Positions 21,504 through 32,359 of a DNA stretch of 56,380 nucleotides are shown piece by piece. Origin of the DNA: Oculatellaceae cyanobacterium bins.114. Its GTDB lineage: Bacteria > Cyanobacteriota > Cyanobacteriia > Elainellales > Elainellaceae. The stretch covers positions 1 through 56,380 of the forward strand of contig JANRJA010000226.1 in NCBI GenBank assembly GCA_033764315.1, written 5' to 3'. Both the position numbers and the translations under genes were made by a program. The first letter of the stretch is position 1. Every line of letters starts with the position of its first letter. The notes beneath the pieces are model-generated. The model saw nothing but the letters and a program-made list of their open reading frames with translations, made no database searches and was not told the DNA's origin.

Positions 21504-22559
21504 CTAAGCCGCCGCTGCTCGCGCTCCAATAAACTCAACAAATAATTGCATCAATTCAGGATTGCGCCATCCCTTAGCTGTTTCTTCGGCCATCAGTTGT
21601 AACGACTCCTGAGTCGAAAAAGCTGGTTTATAGGGGCGTTCACTGGTCAACGCATCGTAAATATCAATCAACTGAAAAATTTGAGCCAAATAGGGAATTT
21701 GATTACCGACCAATCCATCTGGATAGCCAGATCCATCCCACCGCTCGTGGTGATGGCGGATGATTGGCACTACTCCTCGCATCGTCCGTAATGGCTGACA
21801 GATGGTTTCACCAATCAGGACATGTTGTCGCATAATATCCCACTCTTCAGCGGTGAGCTTGCCCGTTTTGAGCAGCACATGGTCAGGAATGCCCACTTTG
21901 CCAATGTCATGCAAGTAGCTTCCCCACATTAGATCTCGAACCTCAGCCCGCGAGAGGCTCAGAAATTCACCAAAGGCTTTTCCAAGCAACACCAACCGTT
22001 CGCAATGGTCGCCTGTGTTAGGGTCACGGCTCTCGACAGCACGAGCGATCGAAAATAGGACTTGACCCGCATGGTCGAGGTCTTCGTTAAGGCGTTTTTG
22101 ACGAACGAGCGATCGCACTCGCGCCGATAGCTCAAGTTGGTCAAACGGTTTAGAGAGGAAATCATCTCCACCAACCTCAATCCCCCGTAGTCGAGCACGA
22201 CGATCATTTAAGGCGGTGACAAAAACGATTGGGATCAATCGGGTTTGTTCATCTTGTTTGAGGCGACGACACACCTCGTAGCCGTCCATCCCTGGCATCA
22301 TGACATCTAACAAAATCAAATCAGGGTTGGACTCTAGAATGCACTCCAAGGCGGTAGAGCCGCTGTCTGCTTCTAAGACGTCATATCCCTCAATAGACAG
22401 CAATGCAACGGCTGTCATGCGACTGGAGGGGTGATCATCAACAACTAGAATTTTAGGGTGTTCAGAGCCGAGACCCTTAGTAGGAGGGGTTTCCACTTGA
22501 GCGTCTCCAGAGATACCTAATTTGATTGATGTATAAGTCATAGCCGGCATGTCACACAA
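21504..22559 (-). CDS. Response regulator with HD-GYP phosphodiesterase domain
   Basis: REC (VVDD, LLDVMMPGMDG, KPF) plus HDIGK and HHERWDGSGYPDGL. Confidence 0.92.
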   Translation of the reverse strand: MCDMPAMTYTSIKLGISGDAQVETPPTKGLGSEHPKILVVDDHPSSRMTAVALLSIEGYDVLEADSGSTALECILESNPDLILLDVMMPGMDGYEVCRRLKQDEQTRLIPIVFVTALNDRRARLRGIEVGGDDFLSKPFDQLELSARVRSLVRQKRLNEDLDHAGQVLFSIARAVESRDPNTGDHCERLVLLGKAFGEFLSLSRAEVRDLMWGSYLHDIGKVGIPDHVLLKTGKLTAEEWDIMRQHVLIGETICQPLRTMRGVVPIIRHHHERWDGSGYPDGLVGNQIPYLAQIFQLIDIYDALTSERPYKPAFSTQESLQLMAEETAKGWRNPELMQLFVEFIGARAAAA

Positions 22560-22951
22560 CTGGAAAGGCTAATGAGTATGCTTTCAGTATGGACAACTGC
22601 GGTAGTTGCGGAATCAGGTTTTTCACGGAGATCTCTAGAGATAGAGAACTGTGAAGTCAATTAATATGAATAATTTTCCTGATTTAGTATTACTAATTAG
22701 CATTGATGTTTCTGATTGAACTAAAGCTCTGCCATGTGTTTGAATTTTGACCTTATTAAAGACAGAGGGCAAATTGGCAACCCAGAGAACCAAGCACCCA
22801 AAGGTATTTTAAGCGTATTTTGTGAGAAGTGATTTTGAATTTTCTAAATTCTATCTTCAAGGAATTGGTTCAAGGTTAAAGCCATATTTATTTTTGTAGC
22901 AATTTAATTATTCTTTTACATCAAATCAAATACTACCTATAATCAATTTTT

Positions 22952-23791
22952 ATGAAAAAAATTCTGACTAATCCGTTGGTTTCAAAGCAGTGGTTGCTTG
23001 AGCACTTAGATGATCCCCAAGTGGCGATCGCCGATTGTCGGTTTTCTCTGGCTGATCCCAGTCTGGGTCGGCAATACTATGAAACGGCTCACATTCCAGG
23101 TGCATACTACTTTGACCTCAACCAAGATTTGTCTAGCCCAGTAGGGCAACACGGAGGACGTCACCCACTGCCTGATCCCATTCAGTTGGCTCACAAATTA
23201 GCCACTTTAGGGATTGATTCCACAGATGTCCAGCAATCAAAGCTGGTTGTTGCCTATGACGATTCGCGCTTGGCTTTTGCGGCTCGGTTTTGGTGGCTGC
23301 TGCACTATTTAGGATATGACCGAATCGCTATTCTAGATGGGGGGTTTAAGGGATGGCAAACGGCTGACTATCCAGTTACGAGTGAGGTTCCTCAGCCTCA
23401 AATGGGTAATGTCGTGCCTCGACTGCGCCCTGAAATGGTTGTTGATATTGATGGTGTTAAAGCGTGTCAAGGTAGACCAGGAGTTGTGCTGGTAGATTCA
23501 CGCGAGGGTGAGCGATATCGGGGTGAAAGAGAACCCATTGACCCGATCGCGGGTCATATTCCGGGTGCAGTTAATTATCCCTGGCAAGAGGTAACGGATG
23601 AGCAGGGCTATGGGCGATCGCCTGATGAGCAACAACAACGGTGGGCAACGTTACAAAACACGGATGAGGTGATTGTCTATTGTGGCTCTGGTGTCACGGC
23701 TTGCGTCAATCTCGTATCAATGGCGTTGGCCGAGCTGCCGATTGGGAAACTGTATGCGGGCAGTTGGAGTGATTGGTGCTCTTATTTGTAG
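22952..23791 (+). CDS. Tandem-domain rhodanese sulfurtransferase (SseA-like)
   Basis: HIPGA, GRHPLP, LDGGF, YCGSGVTAC, YAGSWSDW. Confidence 0.92.
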   Translation: MKKILTNPLVSKQWLLEHLDDPQVAIADCRFSLADPSLGRQYYETAHIPGAYYFDLNQDLSSPVGQHGGRHPLPDPIQLAHKLATLGIDSTDVQQSKLVVAYDDSRLAFAARFWWLLHYLGYDRIAILDGGFKGWQTADYPVTSEVPQPQMGNVVPRLRPEMVVDIDGVKACQGRPGVVLVDSREGERYRGEREPIDPIAGHIPGAVNYPWQEVTDEQGYGRSPDEQQQRWATLQNTDEVIVYCGSGVTACVNLVSMALAELPIGKLYAGSWSDWCSYL

Positions 23792-23836
23792 AAAATTTTA
23801 GAGAATTTTGAGGTAGTCCTCAATAACGTTAGTTTG

Positions 23837-23883
23837 CGGCTCGACGGCTCGACTGAGCATCGCCAAACGTCTGACGTAGACTC
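23837..23883. repeat. Very short dispersed repeat with an 8-bp duplication
   Basis: CGGCTCGA CGGCTCGA CTGAGCATCGCC. 19 bp identical to 44085-44103. Confidence 0.7.
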
Positions 23884-23913
23884 TGGAAGATGCAGGGTTT
23901 GACGAACTGAAAC

Positions 23914-25941
23914 CTAAGCCTCATGGCTCTCCTTAAGATTTTTCTGGTTGCGCAACTGGTCGTGGATATATCGATAAGATGTTTGATCCCCACCTTTTAA
24001 CCCAATTAAGCTGTAGAGCTGAACTACGTTTTGCCCCCGTCCTTTGAGTTCATGTTCCCCCACACACACGGCTTCAACCTCATCTTTGACTAACTCGTAC
24101 AGCGATTCAGTGATGAGAATGTCTGTCCAAAACTTGCGGGTCAGCCCCTCAACCCGGCTAGCAACGTTAACTGCATCGCCAATCAGTGCATATTCGCGTC
24201 GTCTTACTGAGCCGATGTCTCCAGCCAAAGCTTCGCCAAAATTAATCCCAATCCCGTTAAAGAATAAGACTTTACCCTGCTGCTGCCACTGCTGATGCAG
24301 ATTAACCAGTGCCTGTCTCATGCCTAAAGCTGCCCGTACAGCATTTAAGGCATCTGTTTTTTCACCTTCAGAGATGGGGGAACCAAACTCTGCCATCACT
24401 GCGTCCCCGATGAATTTATCAACGGTTCCTCCTGCATCCAAGATGGCTTCGACCATCGCATTGAGATAATCATTGAGTTGTTCGACCAGTTGTTCGGGTT
24501 CTAATTGCAGTGAGAAGGAGGTAAATCCTCGAATATCACAGAATAGGACAGCTGCTTTGACTTTGCGCCCCTTCAACAAAGCTTGATAGGCTTCAGAATA
24601 GTTTGTCAGGATTTCATGAACAATTGGTGCGGCGACATACCGTTCTAATGTCTGTCTCAGGCGTAATTGTTCTAACCGATTACTAATAGCTCCGGTAGTT
24701 AAGCTAGATAGCCCAGAGAGGACGATCGCTATTACAGGAACTGCTGTTGGCATAATTAAGTTTGCAAAGACAAAGCTGATATAGCCCAGGATTGCCCAAG
24801 TAAGGGCTACCCCTAATGCCATTAGCATTTGGGAGTCAGTTCGTTTGAGAAAGCGGTTGAATAGAAAGCCTGTACCGGCTACTCCAATCAACACGACTAA
24901 GCCTCGCAAGGGCGCACTGGGGATCGCTTCATTAATGGCGCGGTTGTCTAATAGTGAGGCGATCGCATTGGCGTGTAGCTCGACCCCTGGCATCGTTTCT
25001 GAAAATGGAGTCCGGACAAAATCTTGAAAGTAACTGGCGGTCGGGCCAATCAACACAATTTTGTCTCGAAACGTTTGCTCTCGCAAATGAAATTCCCAGT
25101 TGGTAGAGTCTAGAACATGCCAAAAGGGAATTCGTTTGAATGTGGTTGGAGGACCATAGAAAAAGATGTTTTCGCCAGCAGGATGAACCTCAATCGATTG
25201 GTTTTGAGAGAGTCGATGAATTTGAACGGTTGCCGTAGCAAATGAAACAATATCTGTGCCTAAATCTTGCGGCACCACGACTTGATTAATGAATACTTCG
25301 CTAAATCGATAGACTCGACCATCTGGATCGGCTGCAAAATTGATCAGCCCTAAGTTATTAGCTTTGGCTTCAAAATCAGGATTGGGGTTAACAATCTGCC
25401 CCAATTCTCCAGTTTCAGGGGTGCCAAACGTTTCATAGGAATTAGCTAAGACCACCTGGTTAGGATGCCGCCGGATGACATCTCTCAAGGTTTGGTCATC
25501 TTCTAAGCCATAGCTACTCGGATCAGCCAAAATGACATCTATAGAAACCGATCGCGCTCCTGCTGCTAGCAACTTTTCAATGACGTTTGCATAAGCTGCC
25601 CGTCGCCAAGGCCATGTCTCAATGGGGGCTAATTCTGGATAGCGGGTTGGATCACGCTGATAGGTTTCTCCTTGGGCTAGCGATTCTTGATCCATTGACA
25701 AGATGACAATGTTATCGGGAGGCGTAACCTTGCCGCGAATCGAAAAAAAGAAAATTTGTGTTTGTCGCTCTAGTGCCAGCGCAGGAATGAAATTAATGGC
25801 AGTGGCGATCGCCCCAATGGATGCCCAAACCCCGACTAATAAATAGCTTAAGCGGGTTAAGTTAAGCCAGCCCGACTTGGGGGGGTGACGTTGACTGGTG
25901 TTGCTAGCAGACCAATTGGGCGATCGCCCTGTCCATCTCAT
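23914..25941 (-). CDS. CHASE2-domain class III adenylate/guanylate cyclase
   Basis: WPWRR, MPGVELHANAI (CHASE2), TM helices, LFCDIRGFT, DKFIGDAVM, GDAVNVASRVE. Confidence 0.92.
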   Translation of the reverse strand: MRWTGRSPNWSASNTSQRHPPKSGWLNLTRLSYLLVGVWASIGAIATAINFIPALALERQTQIFFFSIRGKVTPPDNIVILSMDQESLAQGETYQRDPTRYPELAPIETWPWRRAAYANVIEKLLAAGARSVSIDVILADPSSYGLEDDQTLRDVIRRHPNQVVLANSYETFGTPETGELGQIVNPNPDFEAKANNLGLINFAADPDGRVYRFSEVFINQVVVPQDLGTDIVSFATATVQIHRLSQNQSIEVHPAGENIFFYGPPTTFKRIPFWHVLDSTNWEFHLREQTFRDKIVLIGPTASYFQDFVRTPFSETMPGVELHANAIASLLDNRAINEAIPSAPLRGLVVLIGVAGTGFLFNRFLKRTDSQMLMALGVALTWAILGYISFVFANLIMPTAVPVIAIVLSGLSSLTTGAISNRLEQLRLRQTLERYVAAPIVHEILTNYSEAYQALLKGRKVKAAVLFCDIRGFTSFSLQLEPEQLVEQLNDYLNAMVEAILDAGGTVDKFIGDAVMAEFGSPISEGEKTDALNAVRAALGMRQALVNLHQQWQQQGKVLFFNGIGINFGEALAGDIGSVRRREYALIGDAVNVASRVEGLTRKFWTDILITESLYELVKDEVEAVCVGEHELKGRGQNVVQLYSLIGLKGGDQTSYRYIHDQLRNQKNLKESHEA

Positions 25942-25974
25942 ACCATTAAACCTCTTGCATCAATCGGTTTAGGA

Positions 25975-26102
25975 CTAAGTACAATTCGTCGTCAATAGGG
26001 GTGGGAATTTGGGGTGCAGGGGTGGAACCCCTGGCTGGGGGCGCATCCCTCACACCGCCTTGGTTTTATTTCCGAACCTTATCTGTGAAAAGCAGTACTA
26101 AG
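25975..26102. mobile_element. MITE with CTAAGTAC/GTACTAAG ends and GC-rich hairpin cargo
   Basis: About 35-nt imperfect terminal inverted arms. Interior GGGGTGCAGGGGTGGAACCCCTGGCTGGGGG, also seen at about 48670, 18787 and 55433. Confidence 0.6.
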
Positions 26103-26182
26103 TGGCTACACAGCTTGTCTGCTACTGTAGCCAGCTTACGGTTGCATTCTTGTAAATCTTTAAAGTTTATGCAGTTCAATCC

Positions 26183-27055
26183 TTACAAAAAAGGGAGTCT
26201 GGGTCTAGAGATAGGCAAACTAGGGGTTTCGAATGGAAAGGGTGCATTGGGATAGAGTTGCTGGAATGCTTCTCGTACCTTTTGCAACCCAGGAATTTCA
26301 TCCGTAAAGCCGTTGATTAATTCACCTCTCAAAATATCGAGAAACTCTTCAAGGCTCAGTCGTTGAACGGGTCCTAAACGGCGATCGCCCCGACGAGCAG
26401 CTACTTTCTGACCAGCCGTTAACACCACTTGATTAGCTTCTTCAGGATTACCTTCTCCAGAGCTATTCTCTGGCACAGGTGGTGTGGAGGGTGATGAAGT
26501 CAGTTCAGTCCCTGTTTCAGAGAGTGCCTGACGAGTGACTATCACTTCGCCTTCCAGCACTTTCACCAGTTCTTCGCCATTTTCATCAACTTCCATGAGA
26601 TAAGTAGTGCCTCGAACCCCTGCGGTTACTGACGCAGTACAACCATTCACCGCCCCACTGATGAGGGTGATTCCTCGATCTAACCGAGCACACTCCCCTA
26701 CCGTTAGGCTAGTGTTAGCTAGCAACCGAATAACTGCACCCGTGTTATAGGTCAAATTAGCCCGTGCCTGTGCGGTTCGCACTCGTTGTCCTCGGTTTGC
26801 GACATCCCGCACCCGTGCTTGGCTCTCCTGGATAAAGACCTGGTTGCTATCCAAGATTTCCGTGACTGTTGCTCGACTGATGGCTGTTTGTGCTAATAAC
26901 GGAGAAGATAACGCCCCAAAAACTAAGCAGAGCAATAGACCCAATGCAAAATGACGAACTCGTGACCGTTGCCGGAAGTTGAACAGGGATTGACGCAATC
27001 GACTAAACACAGGAATGCCTCCCAAAATGAGTGACGCTGGAACTCCATCACTCAT
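26183..27055 (-). CDS. FecR-domain exported protein
   Basis: Signal-like hydrophobic segment, VRTAQARANL, AGVRGTTY, VKVLEGEV, LTAGQ. Confidence 0.85.
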   Translation of the reverse strand: MSDGVPASLILGGIPVFSRLRQSLFNFRQRSRVRHFALGLLLCLVFGALSSPLLAQTAISRATVTEILDSNQVFIQESQARVRDVANRGQRVRTAQARANLTYNTGAVIRLLANTSLTVGECARLDRGITLISGAVNGCTASVTAGVRGTTYLMEVDENGEELVKVLEGEVIVTRQALSETGTELTSSPSTPPVPENSSGEGNPEEANQVVLTAGQKVAARRGDRRLGPVQRLSLEEFLDILRGELINGFTDEIPGLQKVREAFQQLYPNAPFPFETPSLPISRPRLPFL

Positions 27056-27847
27056 TTCATAATCAATCCGTCCGATTCCGCATAAATACTGAAGCAGCTC
27101 ACCGTGATTTCACAAAGCTTCGTATTCCCTTGAAGGTGGGCGATCGCTACAACGACATATTTCCTCCACAGATTCACTCCATAACTGTCTTTGCAGCACC
27201 CTAAGATGGTAAACCAAGAAATTTATTATCCTTAGCATAAAGATTCAAGAGCAGCATCCTAGCTGTTTTTGCATCTATCTGCTAGTGGATTATCAAGTTA
27301 TTTTTGAGGTAGATACAAGCAAGATCCCCAACGGAAGTAGTAAATATCAAGTATTAATGAAGTTGTCAGAGTAGAGTATTGCCAAGCTTTGAAGTAGGAG
27401 AGCAAAATCTTTATAATAAAAACGCCTATACCTACTTCTGTAGGATGAAAAACTCTAGATTAAATTTCTAGTACCCCTTTACAGACCTTATGTGTATCCG
27501 CCCGATCGACCATGAAAGCTATCAGGAAATCTACCTTAATCCTAAAAAAGTGAGCTTGGGGAGTTCTGTCATTGAGCAAAATTGATGCTTAACTAACAAA
27601 AAATCTGCTGTGTGATTAGAGGTTTCCCGTCTAAAAACAGGTACTCGTCGTTAGGATTAAGAATCAGCAGAAATTTTATAGATGGAATGCTGCAAGTACC
27701 TACAGCACAAAAACCTGAATGCGTTCAAATTATCATGATCGAAGGTTAATTCCTATACAAGTTAAAGCGGCAATTAACCCATAGGGCATTGCCAGCATGA
27801 ATTCTCTAGTTAAAGTCTGTGCTAAAAAATTTTAGGCTTAAGTTTCT

Positions 27848-28369
27848 ATGATTTCTTCTGCAAGCCGTCTTTCAATTTTTGTAGACGGGAATAATATGTT
27901 CTATGCCCAACAAAAGAATGGCTGGTTTTTTGACCCACGAAGGGTATTGGATTATTTTACTCGCGAACCGGATGTGCAACTTGTTAATGCATTTTGGTAT
28001 ACGGGTTTGAAAGATCCCCAAGACCAACGTGGATTTCGAGATGCCTTGATTAGTTTGGGTTACACCGTTAGAACTAAAATTCTTAAAGAATACTATGATG
28101 ACAACTCAGGTCGCTATTCTCAGAAAGCTAATTTAGACATTGAAATTGTAGTAGATATGTTTAATACCGTTGATCAATATGACCGGGTCATTTTGTTCAG
28201 TGGAGATGGAGATTTTGAGCGGGCGATTGAGTTACTGCGCTCTAAGAGCACCCATATCACTGTTGTTTCTACAGAGGGAATGATCGCGCGAGAACTCCGT
28301 AATGCTACTGATCGTTATATCGACCTGAATGATGTCCGAGATCATATAGAGAAGGTTGATGGCATGTAA
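27848..28369 (+). CDS. labA: NYN-domain LabA family protein
   Basis: IFVDGNNMFYAQQKNGWFFDP, QKANLDIEI, FSGDGDF, ELRNATDRYIDL. Confidence 0.85.
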   Translation: MISSASRLSIFVDGNNMFYAQQKNGWFFDPRRVLDYFTREPDVQLVNAFWYTGLKDPQDQRGFRDALISLGYTVRTKILKEYYDDNSGRYSQKANLDIEIVVDMFNTVDQYDRVILFSGDGDFERAIELLRSKSTHITVVSTEGMIARELRNATDRYIDLNDVRDHIEKVDGM

Positions 28370-28405
28370 GGGATGGATCTTAGCTTTTCCAAATGAGAAA
28401 TCTTC

Positions 28406-28568
28406 TAGGGTATTTGAAAAACTTATTTTTGGTGTAGCCTAATTTCTGTTCTTGCGGGTTCACTTGCACAAAGCACGGGGTTGATAGTGGAGCGGGATCG
28501 GTGCTTCGTTCAGAAGGTTCAGCCTAGATGAGACCAGCAACCTTATATTTTAAGGTTTTCTAACACTT
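28406..28568. repeat. Possible decayed MITE
   Basis: Ends AGGGTATTTGAAAAAC / GGTTTTCTAACACTT form imperfect TIRs. Confidence 0.35.
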
Positions 28569-28738
28569 GTTCTGAGACAACCTTGTTCTCTCAACCCATT
28601 ACTTCTAAGTGGGTGGTAATGAGAGCTAACAAAGGCTTCACTGAAGGGAAAATGAAACAGTAGAATAATCTTACTGTCGCTTCGCGATTGTTTTATCGTT
28701 ACTGTCAACATTTATCACACAGGTCAGCCTGAGCTGCT

Positions 28739-30364
28739 ATGACTATTTCATCCCAACCTGATCGCATCATTATTTTCGATACGACTCTACGCGATGGAGA
28801 ACAGTCTCCTGGAGCGACTCTCAACGTGGATGAAAAGCTGACGATTGCTCGTCAACTGGCACGCCTTGGTGTGGATGTGATTGAGGCAGGATTTCCTTTT
28901 GCTAGCCCTGGCGATTTTGAAGCAGTGAACAAAATCGCTCAACACGTCGGGACTGTGGATGGACCGATCATTTGTGGTTTGGCAAGAGCTACTCAACAAG
29001 ATATTAAAACCGCAGCCGAGGCACTCAAGCCCGCTGCGCATGCGCGAATTCACACATTTATTGCAACTTCCGATATTCATCTCGAATATAAGCTGAAAAA
29101 AACGCGAGCAGAGGTGCTAGAGATTGCCCCTGAAATGGTTGCTTATGCTAAGTCTTTTGTGAATGATGTTGAGTTTTCGCCCGAAGATGCAGGACGATCC
29201 GATCCGGAGTTTTTGTATGAAATGCTGGAACGGGCGATCGCTGCTGGAGCAACAACCGTTAATATCCCCGATACGGTTGGCTATTTAACCCCTAGTGAAT
29301 TTGGTAGCCTGATTCGCGGCATCAAAGAAAATGTCCCTAATATTGACCAAGCCGTCATCTCGGTGCATGGACATAACGATTTGGGGTTGGCAGTCGCTAA
29401 CTTTTTAGAGGCCGCTAAAAATGGAGCACGTCAGTTGGAATGCACCATTAACGGCATTGGGGAGCGGGCAGGCAACGCAGCCTTAGAAGAACTGGTGATG
29501 GCGTTGCACGTGCGACGGCAATATTTCAACCCATTTTTTGGGCGATCGGTTGATTCTGAAGCACCGCTTACCCGGATTGATACTCGACAGATTTATAAAA
29601 CCTCTCGGATGGTGTCTAACCTAACTGGGATGCTAGTGCAACCTAACAAGGCGATCGTGGGTGCCAATGCTTTTGCTCATGAATCAGGGATTCACCAGGA
29701 TGGGGTGCTCAAGCACAAGCTAACTTACGAAATTATGGATGCCCAATCGATTGGGCTAAACGATAACCAGATCGTGTTGGGCAAGCATTCCGGTCGCAAT
29801 GCCTTTCGCACCCGGTTGAAGGAATTGGGGTTTGAGCTATCAGACCAAGAACTTAATAAGGCATTTTTGCGTTTCAAGGAATTGGGAGATAAAAAGAAGG
29901 AAATCACGGATTGGGATCTGGAGGCGATCGTCAATGACGAGATTCAGCAAACGCCTGAGTTGTTCCACTTAGAACACGTCCAAGTTTCTTGTGGAGATAA
30001 AGCTCGCCCCACTGCAACCGTGACGATTTGCACACCTGAAGGTCACGAATTAACAGATGCTGCCATTGGTACGGGGCCAGTTGATGCGGTTTATAAAGCG
30101 ATTAACCGGGTTGTAGATGTGCCCAACCAATTGGTCGAGTTTGCCGTTCAGTCGGTCACAGAAGGACTGGACGCAATTGGTGAGGTGACGATTCGACTGC
30201 GGTATGAAGACCGAATTTTTTCAGGTCATGCAGCTAATACAGACGTGATTGTGGCGTCTGCGCAAGCTTATATCAATGCGTTGAACCGCATCTATGCTGC
30301 GCTCCAACGTGGTAAATCGTTGCATCCTCAACGAGATACTGAGGCAGTGTCAGTTGTCCGATGA
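28739..30364 (+). CDS. leuA: 2-isopropylmalate synthase
   Basis: [40 protein letters not shown] regulatory domain. Confidence 0.96.
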   Translation: MTISSQPDRIIIFDTTLRDGEQSPGATLNVDEKLTIARQLARLGVDVIEAGFPFASPGDFEAVNKIAQHVGTVDGPIICGLARATQQDIKTAAEALKPAAHARIHTFIATSDIHLEYKLKKTRAEVLEIAPEMVAYAKSFVNDVEFSPEDAGRSDPEFLYEMLERAIAAGATTVNIPDTVGYLTPSEFGSLIRGIKENVPNIDQAVISVHGHNDLGLAVANFLEAAKNGARQLECTINGIGERAGNAALEELVMALHVRRQYFNPFFGRSVDSEAPLTRIDTRQIYKTSRMVSNLTGMLVQPNKAIVGANAFAHESGIHQDGVLKHKLTYEIMDAQSIGLNDNQIVLGKHSGRNAFRTRLKELGFELSDQELNKAFLRFKELGDKKKEITDWDLEAIVNDEIQQTPELFHLEHVQVSCGDKARPTATVTICTPEGHELTDAAIGTGPVDAVYKAINRVVDVPNQLVEFAVQSVTEGLDAIGEVTIRLRYEDRIFSGHAANTDVIVASAQAYINALNRIYAALQRGKSLHPQRDTEAVSVVR

Positions 30365-31194
30365 AATTTAATTCTTTGGCTGTAAAACGAATCTGGGTGT
30401 ATCTGTTGCTGGGGGCGATCGCGCTGGTCATGCTCTTGCCTTTGATCTGGCTGATTAGCACAGCATTCAAAGCCCCCACTGAAGATATTTTTCAATTTCC
30501 ACCCAGGTTATTACCCAGTCAGCCAACCTTCCAAAACTTTATTCAAGTTTGGCAAACCAATCCCTTTGGGCAATATCTCTTTAACAGTGCGCTAGTCGCT
30601 ACGCTAACGGTTGTGCTCAACTTGCTGTTTTGCTCGTTGGCAGCTTATCCTTTAGCGCGATTGGCCTTTCGAGGACGAGAGGTCATCTTTACGTTGGTCG
30701 TCTCAACAATCCTGATTCCCTTTCAGATTGTCATGATCCCGCTCTACATTCTGGTAGTGCAACTGGGGTTAAGGAACACCTATCTGGGGCTAATCTTTCC
30801 AGCGATCGCCTCGGCGTTTGGCATTTTTTTGATGCGGCAAGCCTTTCAAAGTGTGCCTAAGGAATTAGAGGAAGCGGCTCGGATGGATGGCTGTTCTGAA
30901 CTGGGGATCTGGTGGCATGTGATGTTGCCTTCAGTGCGTCCTGCTCTGGTGACGCTTGCCATTTTCGTGTTTATTGGCTCTTGGAGTGACTTTCTCTGGC
31001 CTCTGATCATTCTCGATCGCCCAGAATACTATACGCTGCCTTTAGGGGTGGCAAAACTAGCAGGGGCATTTTCTCTCGATTGGCGTTTGATTGCAGCGGG
31101 ATCGGTCATCTCGATCGCCCCTATTTTATTGTTTTTTGTGGTGATGCAGCGTTACATTGTGCCCACTGAGACAGGCAGCGGTGTGAAAGGATAA
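30361..31194 (+). CDS. Carbohydrate ABC transporter permease
   Basis: Six TM segments, EAA loop [14 protein letters not shown] overlap with the leuA stop. Confidence 0.92.
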   Translation: MKFNSLAVKRIWVYLLLGAIALVMLLPLIWLISTAFKAPTEDIFQFPPRLLPSQPTFQNFIQVWQTNPFGQYLFNSALVATLTVVLNLLFCSLAAYPLARLAFRGREVIFTLVVSTILIPFQIVMIPLYILVVQLGLRNTYLGLIFPAIASAFGIFLMRQAFQSVPKELEEAARMDGCSELGIWWHVMLPSVRPALVTLAIFVFIGSWSDFLWPLIILDRPEYYTLPLGVAKLAGAFSLDWRLIAAGSVISIAPILLFFVVMQRYIVPTETGSGVKG

Positions 31195-31233
31195 GGCAGA
31201 TTTGCTGGGCTGACGGGGATACGAGAGTGGCTC

Positions 31234-31482
31234 TTAAGTACGGTCGAGAGCCACTTCAAACGTTTCACCCATGACAGAAACGCGATCGCCCGCCACCAGT
31301 TGCCGCCCACGGCGGGTCTCAACTTCACCATTGACTTGCACTTCTCCGGATTGGATCAAGAGTTTTGCCTGACCCCCTGTAGACGTTACCCCAACCCACT
31401 TGAGAAATTGATCTAGCTTAATAGTTGGCTTCGATGGATTCAAATTGTTACCCTCTACCTCAAACAGAAGCTCTAACCACAA
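31234..31482 (-). CDS. RNA-binding S4 domain protein (YaaA/YbcJ-like)
   Basis: IKLDQFLK..TGGQAK..I..GEVQVNGEVETRRGRQL. True start probably further downstream. Confidence 0.88.
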   Translation of the reverse strand: MWLELLFEVEGNNLNPSKPTIKLDQFLKWVGVTSTGGQAKLLIQSGEVQVNGEVETRRGRQLVAGDRVSVMGETFEVALDRT

Positions 31483-31565
31483 CTGAATAGGACAGCTTGA
31501 GAGTGGTTAGAGCAAAATGCAAAACCGAGTTTTTGAACTGCACTTCAAGTACAGTGATTTGGAAG

Positions 31566-31877
31566 TTATTCAGGGTTAGAATCGGGACGGTGATTGCGAA
31601 TCTGTTCAGCCTCTGGGCAATCTTCAGACACTAGAGGCTCAACATCTCCACGGGGCACGGTCGCCAATTTTTGCATGACTGAACCAATGCTTTCCAGACG
31701 AATCATTTCCTCCCAAGAGCAGATCTCGTCATCTTCCTCCGTTTCATAACGGACTGTCACCAAGTCTCCCTCAATATCTAATACACGAGCGCGTTCAATC
31801 CAGCGTTGTTGATCCCGCAAGAAGATCCAGACTTCGCGCCCATCACAACAGAGTTGATAGATCTTGCGGTGTAGCAT
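31566..31877 (-). CDS. Conserved cyanobacterial protein (DUF6679-like)
   Basis: MLHRKIYQLCCDGREVWIFLRDQQRWIERA..CSWEEMIRLESIG. SD AGGAG. Confidence 0.8.
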   Translation of the reverse strand: MLHRKIYQLCCDGREVWIFLRDQQRWIERARVLDIEGDLVTVRYETEEDDEICSWEEMIRLESIGSVMQKLATVPRGDVEPLVSEDCPEAEQIRNHRPDSNPE

Positions 31878-32341
31878 GTATCACTTCTCCTGAGCAGGTA
31901 ACTCTTAAAACGGTTAAACAGGTCACCATCTCCAAAAAGGAAATGTAACTGGGTTTGCCAAATGCCATCTGTTATAAGTGCCGACCAGGATGGATTCATT
32001 TGGCTCAAAAATTGGAATGAATGAAAGCCTACTTTAATCTGTCTGCTCATACTCATTACCCACAGACAGCACCTTGATAATCTGAACAAAACGCCAAACT
32101 TGAAGTTGGAAGCAACTAAGCTGATGAAGAGGAGTCAAGTTGCAGGTAGCCGTTGAGGTCATTGCTTAAAAGTTAAAGGATTTTAAGAAACACAACTTGA
32201 GGCGATCGCAAATATGGAGTTAAGCAAATTAAAGCCTGAGTTGGACAAGTTGTGAAGAGGAGCATCCGACGACTGATCAATTAAAACATGTTAAAAGGCA
32301 AGTAATCAGACTCAAAGCCGTTGCAGACCAGGATTTTGAAA

Positions 32342-32359
32342 GATGTAAAAGATTGTAAC
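32342..32359 (-). promoter_or_regulatory. HLR1-like (RpaB) direct repeat
   Basis: Minus strand GTTACAAT-CT-TTTACATC versus consensus (G/T)TTACA(T/A)(T/A)-N2-repeat. One mismatch. Confidence 0.6.

Noticed and set aside
26001-26255. 84-aa plus-strand ORF
   Set aside because: Starts inside a MITE and overlaps the FecR gene antisense.
31778-32089. 103-aa ORF or nblA upstream of the DUF6679-like gene
   Set aside because: No NblA LSLEQ(Q)F motif found. The ORF overlaps the real gene out of frame.
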